From positions 1 to 51,694 of the forward strand of contig CAIUUT010000202.1 of assembly GCA_903902445.1 (NCBI GenBank): DNA of 51,694 nt, read 5' to 3'. Positions 46,315-51,694 of the stretch are shown here, piece after piece. Origin of the DNA: an uncultured Candidatus Marinamargulisbacteria bacterium (GTDB taxonomy: Bacteria > Margulisbacteria > Riflemargulisbacteria > GWF2-35-9). The notes below the pieces were generated by a model. That model did not search any database, was not told the origin of the DNA, and saw only the letters and a list, made by a program, of their open reading frames with translations. The position numbers and the translations under genes are program-made. Positions within the stretch are counted from its first letter, which is position 1; every line of letters starts with the position of its first letter.

Positions 46315-47481
46315 TTGGCAAAGTATGATCGCTTATATTTCGAAAACCTAGAAAAAAAGAGTTTAGCTCCTTACGCTGTATTATCTAAGAGAAGTAAAGG
46401 GAGACAATATCAAGAGGAACTAGATCCTTTTCGAACTGCCTTTCAACGAGACCGAGATCGCATTATCCATTCCAAAGCTTTTCGTAGACTTAAACACAAA
46501 ACTCAAGTTTTTGTTATTTTCGAGGGTGACCATTTTCGTACTAGGCTAACGCATACGCTGGAAGTAGCACAAATTGCCAGACATATTGCTAGAATGTTGG
46601 GACTAAACGAGGACTTAGTCGAATCGATTGCCCTAGCCCACGATTTAGGACATACCCCTTTTGGTCATGCGGGTGAGGCACAACTTGATGAGCTGCTTAA
46701 AGATGTTGGAGGATTTGAACATAACTTACAAAGCCGACGGATTGTGGAATTGCTGGAAAATAAGTATCCGTCCTTTCCAGGGCTAAACTTAAGTCAGGAA
46801 GTCATTGAAGGACTATTAAAGCATTTTACACCTTTTGACCACTCTGATGACGCTTCAGCCGAAGAGATTATCCATCCATCCTTGGAGGCTCAGGTTGTCA
46901 ACTTAGCCGACCAATTAGCCTATCTAAATCATGATTTAGATGATGGGATATCTTCGGGTATATTAAATATGGATGAGCTGGTAGCAAAGGTCGATTTGTG
47001 GAGAGAAGCACAAATTAGCAATGAGTTTAAGTACCAAAACTTAAATGCCACCCAAACCCGGTTTTTAAATGTACGTTATTTAATTAACTTGATGGTAAAT
47101 GATGTCACAGCCAATGCTCAAAGAAAAATTCAGGAGAATAATTTACAAACGCTGGAGGATGTTTATCTTTGTAATGAAAGAATTGTAGATTTTTCACCAC
47201 AGATGAAGAAGCGAATCGTTTTTTTGCAAAGATTCTTACACAACCAATTTTACAATGATTATCGGGTCTTACGAATGATGGTTAAAGGCAAGCGATTTAT
47301 TAATGAGCTTTTTGTGCATTTTAATAAGTACCCACAACTACTTCCCCCCAATGAACATCAGCGAATTCGCGAAGGGGAGACCCAGGAAAGGGTAATTGCT
47401 GACTATCTTTCCACCATGACGGATAATTACGTGATTGAGGAACATAAGCGTATTTTCGAGCTAGACAAAGAGCTAAGTTGA
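46315..47481 (+). CDS. dgt: dGTPase-family deoxynucleoside triphosphate triphosphohydrolase (HD domain)
   Basis: FQRDRDRIIHSKAFRRLKHKTQVF, HTLEVAQIAR, HDLGHTPFGHAGE. TTG start after AAAGGAAG. Confidence 0.88.
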   Translation: MAKYDRLYFENLEKKSLAPYAVLSKRSKGRQYQEELDPFRTAFQRDRDRIIHSKAFRRLKHKTQVFVIFEGDHFRTRLTHTLEVAQIARHIARMLGLNEDLVESIALAHDLGHTPFGHAGEAQLDELLKDVGGFEHNLQSRRIVELLENKYPSFPGLNLSQEVIEGLLKHFTPFDHSDDASAEEIIHPSLEAQVVNLADQLAYLNHDLDDGISSGILNMDELVAKVDLWREAQISNEFKYQNLNATQTRFLNVRYLINLMVNDVTANAQRKIQENNLQTLEDVYLCNERIVDFSPQMKKRIVFLQRFLHNQFYNDYRVLRMMVKGKRFINELFVHFNKYPQLLPPNEHQRIREGETQERVIADYLSTMTDNYVIEEHKRIFELDKELS

Positions 47482-48507
47482 GGTCGTTTCGAAGTTTTCC
47501 TTCATCTTAAGAATATCCTTCATCATCTCCTCAATATTTTCCTTAATTTTTTCTTCACTAAAATTATGATTCACTTGGTTGAAGTTGTTGGTAAGCTGAT
47601 GCTTATTTAGTTGTGAAAGAATTTTTTGACGTTCATCAGGCACTAACCCTTTAATGTTTTGGAAGGTTTTCTTGTCCACAAAAGAGTCATTTTTCCCTAA
47701 TTCCACGACAACTTTTGAGGTTTCTTCTACAAAGTAGGCGTAGCAAATGGTAGAAATTTTGGCTGAAAGTTTGGAAAGTTTCGCAAAGTCACTCTTTGTC
47801 AATTTGCCGTCATTTTTTTGCAATAGCTTTTGGTAATAGGAGTCACCAAGAGTGGTTTTTTGCCGCAGTTGCAGCAAGGTTTCTAAGCTGGAGTTAGTAA
47901 ATATTTGCTCGTTACAGACTAGAAGTAGCTTAATGATGCTTTCATCGGCTTCCTTAGTTTGTTCGGGGGCAAGTCTTTTTAAAAGTGATATTTTTTTATT
48001 AGAGTTTAGATAATCTAAAGAACAGCTTGCTAAGGCGGCAGAGATAATTAGTGTGCCAACAAAGGGTAACGTAGCGTCCAACACCTTTTCTGATAGAGGT
48101 TGCGCGTCTTGGTAGAGCTTAATTAGAAATTGTGCTTGTTTATTCTTATCATATTTTTTATATGACTCAACCTGACCTTGCAGGATGACGGCACATAGGG
48201 CGCTGTATTCGCTATTTTTCATGGTTTCGGTGCCAAGTAGCGCCTCTTTTACTTGTTGGGTCAGAGCCGCTTCACTCTGTAATTCTAGCTGATTGCCAAA
48301 GGGCAGGTAGTTATTCGAAACTTGTTTGCTCGTTGCCTTACTTACGTCACTTTCATCCACAATCAGCGGGTTGTTTTCCGCAGAATTTTTCATTACGAAA
48401 TTTTTTGGCTTGGTAAGCTCGAGAATTTTATTATAGTCGTTGGCTCCAATAGAAATATCCAGTTGGGGTTTGTTTAAATTATTCGCAGATTCGACTACGT
48501 GTTCCAT
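47473..48507 (-). CDS. hypothetical protein (344 aa)
   Basis: Long ORF with an AAAGGAAA SD, 9 nt downstream of the preceding gene. No motif recognised. Confidence 0.6.
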   Translation of the reverse strand: MEHVVESANNLNKPQLDISIGANDYNKILELTKPKNFVMKNSAENNPLIVDESDVSKATSKQVSNNYLPFGNQLELQSEAALTQQVKEALLGTETMKNSEYSALCAVILQGQVESYKKYDKNKQAQFLIKLYQDAQPLSEKVLDATLPFVGTLIISAALASCSLDYLNSNKKISLLKRLAPEQTKEADESIIKLLLVCNEQIFTNSSLETLLQLRQKTTLGDSYYQKLLQKNDGKLTKSDFAKLSKLSAKISTICYAYFVEETSKVVVELGKNDSFVDKKTFQNIKGLVPDERQKILSQLNKHQLTNNFNQVNHNFSEEKIKENIEEMMKDILKMKENFETTST

Positions 48508-48516
48508 GGGTTTCCT

Positions 48517-49596
48517 TTAACTGGCTACATTATTGCTGGTCAATATATTATCCTCTAGTCGTAGTTTATTTACTTGCTCTAAACTGGATAAAATAGCCAG
48601 TTCACCCGTAAGTTTCTCGATAGCAATAAAATTTTCTTGTTTGTTTAGAATAGGGTGTTTGCCTCTGAAGATTTGGATTCCTTCCTCTTGGGCGGTAGAT
48701 AGCATTGATGCAGTGCTGCTAAATTTGGTCAAATTTGTGTTATTTAGGTTATCATAATAGGTTGGCTTATATTCAACTACTTCCTCCCAACCAAGGCATT
48801 CTAGTGTGCTTTGTGCATCCACATATCCCGAGTCCTCTTCGTAGATAACAATCTCGGGTGAGAATTTCTCGTTGAGGGACTTCATGTTTTTTAAGAAGTT
48901 GATGGAGGAACGTAGGTTTAAAGAGAAAAGTTTCTGTTTGCTGGCTATAGTGGCTCCAGAAGCTAGGTTGGGGGGTGATGAGGAAGAAGTAGGTGCCTGA
49001 CTCTCTGAAGCAGCTGAAAGTTCACTGGTTTCCTCTATGCCTTCTTCTTCGGAAATTTGTTTTTCACCAACACTAAAGCGGCGAATAGCCTTCGCATTAA
49101 GTTGAGCATTGGCAGCCGTAACCGATTCTTTAGGAGCGGCCCCATCTTTGCCTTCTGCTTTGGCTTGTTCAATGAGCTCTTTGTTTTGAGCATTTTGTTT
49201 TTCTGCCTTTTTTGTGCCGATATCGGGGAGTATTCCCTCAAAATCCAAGGTCGATAAATCAGGGGTGATTATATGCTGATTTGTTTCTATGGAACTATTT
49301 TGCGTTTGTTGGTTCTGTAACTGTGCCGTTTTAATCTCTTGTACGGATAGTCTTTCAACAGGTGAAAACTCTTCTCTAGGTAATTCGTTCGCTGCAGCTT
49401 GAGATACTTCTTTAAATTGTTGGGTTAAGGTTTTATGGACACCACCCACGGCAACCTTAATAGTGCTGGTTTTACTAAATTTATCCAGTAGCGTTTCTTT
49501 ACCTTCATTACTGGAAGCTACTGAGCCAAAATTTGTTTGTATATTACCGATATCCACAATGTTCCCCTCTCTTCCTAATATCGCCCAAAATGCCAA
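48517..49596 (-). CDS. hypothetical protein with Ser/Gln/Ala-rich low-complexity centre
   Basis: Long ORF. The GTG at 49557, preceded by GAGAGGGG, is a more likely start than the TTG at 49596. No motif recognised. Confidence 0.6.
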   Translation of the reverse strand: MAFWAILGREGNIVDIGNIQTNFGSVASSNEGKETLLDKFSKTSTIKVAVGGVHKTLTQQFKEVSQAAANELPREEFSPVERLSVQEIKTAQLQNQQTQNSSIETNQHIITPDLSTLDFEGILPDIGTKKAEKQNAQNKELIEQAKAEGKDGAAPKESVTAANAQLNAKAIRRFSVGEKQISEEEGIEETSELSAASESQAPTSSSSPPNLASGATIASKQKLFSLNLRSSINFLKNMKSLNEKFSPEIVIYEEDSGYVDAQSTLECLGWEEVVEYKPTYYDNLNNTNLTKFSSTASMLSTAQEEGIQIFRGKHPILNKQENFIAIEKLTGELAILSSLEQVNKLRLEDNILTSNNVAS

Positions 49597-49716
49597 ATAT
49601 TATTCATTCCTTTATTGTGTTGTATTCCCTTTAAGTAATGCCTTCCTCATGAAGCTGTCGACGTGCGGAAGGAAGTTTGTCTATAATCGCGAAAACAACA
49701 CAAAAAAAGAATACAT

Positions 49717-49782
49717 ATTCCCCCCCATTATTGGCGATATTAAGAATGTAAGACGAGAAAAGAGTGTACCTACGGGGGGAAT
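49717..49782 (+). promoter_or_regulatory. candidate SD-sequestering stem: ATTCCCCCC (49717-49725) pairs with GGGGGGAAT (49774-49782)
   Basis: 9 complementary nt read directly. The 3' arm is the SD of the ATG at 49788. A TATAAT at 49682-49687 would place both arms in the 5' UTR. Confidence 0.3.
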
Positions 49783-49787
49783 TAAAT

Positions 49788-50444
49788 ATGACAGATACAG
49801 TTGCTAGGTTTGATAACGGTGGAAGAATTGATACAGCAAGTAGTGGTATCAACATGGATACGACTACTTTTTCAAATACATACGGTGTAAGTTTACAGAC
49901 AGCTCAAACTTTAGCTTCCGCATATAGCTCTGGAGATAATACAAAAATTACCATGCAAGATTTAGAGGCAAAAGATTCAGTTAATCCAAGTTCTAATTAT
50001 TTTGATATTTTCGACCTTGAAAATATAACTGGAATTCAAGAAAGTAAAAAGGTGCTTATTGGTGATGTTCCTGGAGGCGATGGGACAAATCTTCTTTTTC
50101 GTATAGCAGATACTACCTACACTTCATATGATAATGACTTCTACTTAAAGTTTATTAATGCTAGTAATACAAACAATATCGCGAACCTGGAAACTGGAAG
50201 TTCTCCAGAAGTTAATACCAGGAATGCTTCCAGAGTTATTAACGGGTTGTATCAGACTATGATGGACTTGGCTGACTTTATGTCTTCCCATAAAGGGGCT
50301 AGTGACCAAAGTGCTTTATATTTAATCCAGCAACACTTGCAAACAATAAAGGATGCAATTGCTGCCATTACGGCTGTAGGTAAATTGGGCAATGATACAC
50401 TCAGCGAGCAGTTGAAGCAGTTCACGCAAAACATTAGTAGATAA
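49788..50444 (+). CDS. hypothetical protein (218 aa)
   Basis: ATG preceded by GGGGGGA at 8-nt spacing. The ORF track starts at the GTG at 49764. No signal peptide or motif recognised. Confidence 0.6.
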   Translation: MTDTVARFDNGGRIDTASSGINMDTTTFSNTYGVSLQTAQTLASAYSSGDNTKITMQDLEAKDSVNPSSNYFDIFDLENITGIQESKKVLIGDVPGGDGTNLLFRIADTTYTSYDNDFYLKFINASNTNNIANLETGSSPEVNTRNASRVINGLYQTMMDLADFMSSHKGASDQSALYLIQQHLQTIKDAIAAITAVGKLGNDTLSEQLKQFTQNISR

Positions 50445-50492
50445 CAAGTTTTAGCGCTTGCTTGAAGAATGAAATTGGGGAATAGAGAAGTG

Positions 50493-51170
50493 CTAGCTGG
50501 CTCGCTCTTGCAGGAGTTTATTGTAAAAGTTGTAGCACTCTAAAGATTTTTCACAAATAATTTTATCTCTGTCGAGTAGGTTTCTGATGGTTTCCTTAGC
50601 CGTCAGGCAGAGCGCTGCATCTAAGTCGGAATAGACCAGTTTTTTTACCCTCAAAGCGTGCTCGACTTTCTTTCCCGCATCTACAATATCGGCTAAATAT
50701 ACTATTTTCTCCAGTAAACACATATTGGGTCTGCCAGTTGTGTGGTGCGCTATGGCTAACAGTATTTCAGGGTTCTCGATACCAAACTGATGCTGCGCTA
50801 GTAACCTGCCAATGGGGGCATGCAGTGTGGCAGGAGAGTCTAGCTCGCTAAGGCTATATTTGTAGCTGTATTTGTTGGCCAAGTTTAAGTGCTCTTCAAA
50901 GGACATATCTTTAGCTACATCGTGCAGTAGCCCTGCGATATAGGCGTTTTCTATGTTCTCATAGGTATAAAATTCAGCAATTTTCTTTGATAGCTTTGCC
51001 ACTTCCAAAGAGTGAGCAAAACGCTCTCTGGATATATAGCGCTTAAGATCCTTGGTATACCCCTCTATTTGTTCATTGACGTTTTCGTGATGAGGTTTAA
51101 GTTTAATAGGTGGTTCTTCTTGGAAAGTTGTAGCGGTGTTGGGTGTGGGTTTTTTCTTTTTCTTTTGCAT
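50493..51170 (-). CDS. yqeK: HD-domain protein YqeK (bis(5'-nucleosyl)-tetraphosphatase family)
   Basis: RFAHSLEVAKLS, GLLHDVAKD, HAPIG, IAHHTTGRP and VYLADIV are typical of YqeK. It has a Lys/Pro-rich N-terminal extension. Confidence 0.85.
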   Translation of the reverse strand: MQKKKKKPTPNTATTFQEEPPIKLKPHHENVNEQIEGYTKDLKRYISRERFAHSLEVAKLSKKIAEFYTYENIENAYIAGLLHDVAKDMSFEEHLNLANKYSYKYSLSELDSPATLHAPIGRLLAQHQFGIENPEILLAIAHHTTGRPNMCLLEKIVYLADIVDAGKKVEHALRVKKLVYSDLDAALCLTAKETIRNLLDRDKIICEKSLECYNFYNKLLQERAS

Positions 51171-51307
51171 ATCTATAAGTTAAAATAAATATGCCTTTTT
51201 GTCTAATGGAAATTACTAAATAATTAGGTTGAAAATGATTTAGTAATGACGGACTTTGTGAATTCGGTCATCGGAAGTTTAATGAACATCCAAATGACCG
51301 AAAAAAA

Positions 51308-51544
51308 TTAATTAACGATTAACTCTCTGCCGTTTAAGTCAAATCCATGCATTTTGTGAATGGCTTCTTCTATTTTTTCATCAGGGATCTCGATAAAACC
51401 AAAACCTCTGGACTCTCCAGTCATTTGGTCATGTTCGATTTTGGCTCTAACTTCGTCAATTTGCAGGTTGGATCTGAAAATATGAGCTAACTCATCTTCG
51501 GATACTTCCCAAGGAATGTTCCCAACGTAAACACTAGTACTCAT
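51308..51544 (-). CDS. RRM-type RNA-binding protein (78 aa)
   Basis: RNP2 VYVGNI and RNP1 RGFGFIEI. AAGGAG SD, with a TATAAT about 25 nt upstream. Confidence 0.88.
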   Translation of the reverse strand: MSTSVYVGNIPWEVSEDELAHIFRSNLQIDEVRAKIEHDQMTGESRGFGFIEIPDEKIEEAIHKMHGFDLNGRELIVN

Positions 51545-51694
51545 ATTTTACTCCTTTGTAGATTAGTATTATATCGTATTTAATATAAAATAAATTCAGG
51601 TAATCTTAATTATACGAATTTCATAATGCAGAAGCAAGGGAATAATAAAATTGTATTAATATTGAGCATTGCGAATCTAGAAGGCAACAACGCC

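Noticed and set aside
49720-49726. C7 homopolymer as a phase-variation (slipped-strand) switch in the divergent orphan promoter
   Set aside because: Seven residues is borderline for slippage-based switching. An equally long C7 run occurs inside the essential glyQ coding sequence (18906-18912), and G5-G6 runs are the normal SD in this genome. The tract is better explained as the anti-SD arm of a hairpin.
1-51694. CRISPR arrays, rRNA or tRNA genes, and prophage or defence islands
   Set aside because: Reading the intergenic regions by eye, I found no regularly spaced direct repeats, no cloverleaf-compatible GC-rich 70-90-nt segments and no integrase, nuclease or methylase clusters. Coding density leaves little room. 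A tRNAscan/Infernal run would be needed to exclude small ncRNAs formally.

Overview
AT-rich, very tightly packed chromosomal core region of a chemotactic bacterium. It is probably diderm, based on a GT9 heptosyltransferase, an EnvC-like/CtpA/YibQ envelope module and MltG. The lineage cannot be assigned without a database search. Many proteins are shorter than their usual homologues (MurE, MurF, AlaRS, UvrC, RecN).

Gene content, left to right:
- queE (cut by the window edge), a CE4 deacetylase, glyS, a DUF1015 gene, a nucleosidase-like gene and an MCP.
- A minus-strand cell-wall operon murE-murF-mraY-murD-ftsW-murG-murC-murB.
- A SigB/F-type sigma factor convergent with a PP2C phosphatase, an orphan pseudopilin-like gene and glyQ.
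- rpsF-ssb-ssb-rpsR-rplI, uvrC, an M23 peptidase, an S41 protease and a YibQ-like gene.
- A decayed IS remnant, a 528-aa coiled-coil protein, clpB and a GT9 glycosyltransferase.
- mltG-ruvX-alaS, ytxH, a methyltransferase, nadK and recN.
- cheW-cheA-cheB-cheY-cheX followed by an unknown secreted protein, a dGTPase-family gene, three orphan genes, yqeK and an RRM RNA-binding protein.

No rRNA, tRNA or CRISPR array was recognised.

Most notable observations:
- Consensus -10 boxes lie 6-8 nt upstream of the ATG, with no Shine-Dalgarno, at six operon-first genes. These are probably leaderless mRNAs.
- An orphan three-gene divergent cluster (47473-50444) has a possible SD-sequestering hairpin.
- uvrC lacks both a canonical start codon ahead of its GIY motif and the C-terminal HhH domain.
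- Two ssb genes sit in tandem inside the ribosomal protein operon.
- A 21-bp inverted-repeat-bounded IS remnant is the only mobile DNA.

I cannot point to one clearly novel multi-gene system from sequence alone. The orphan clusters are the best candidates.
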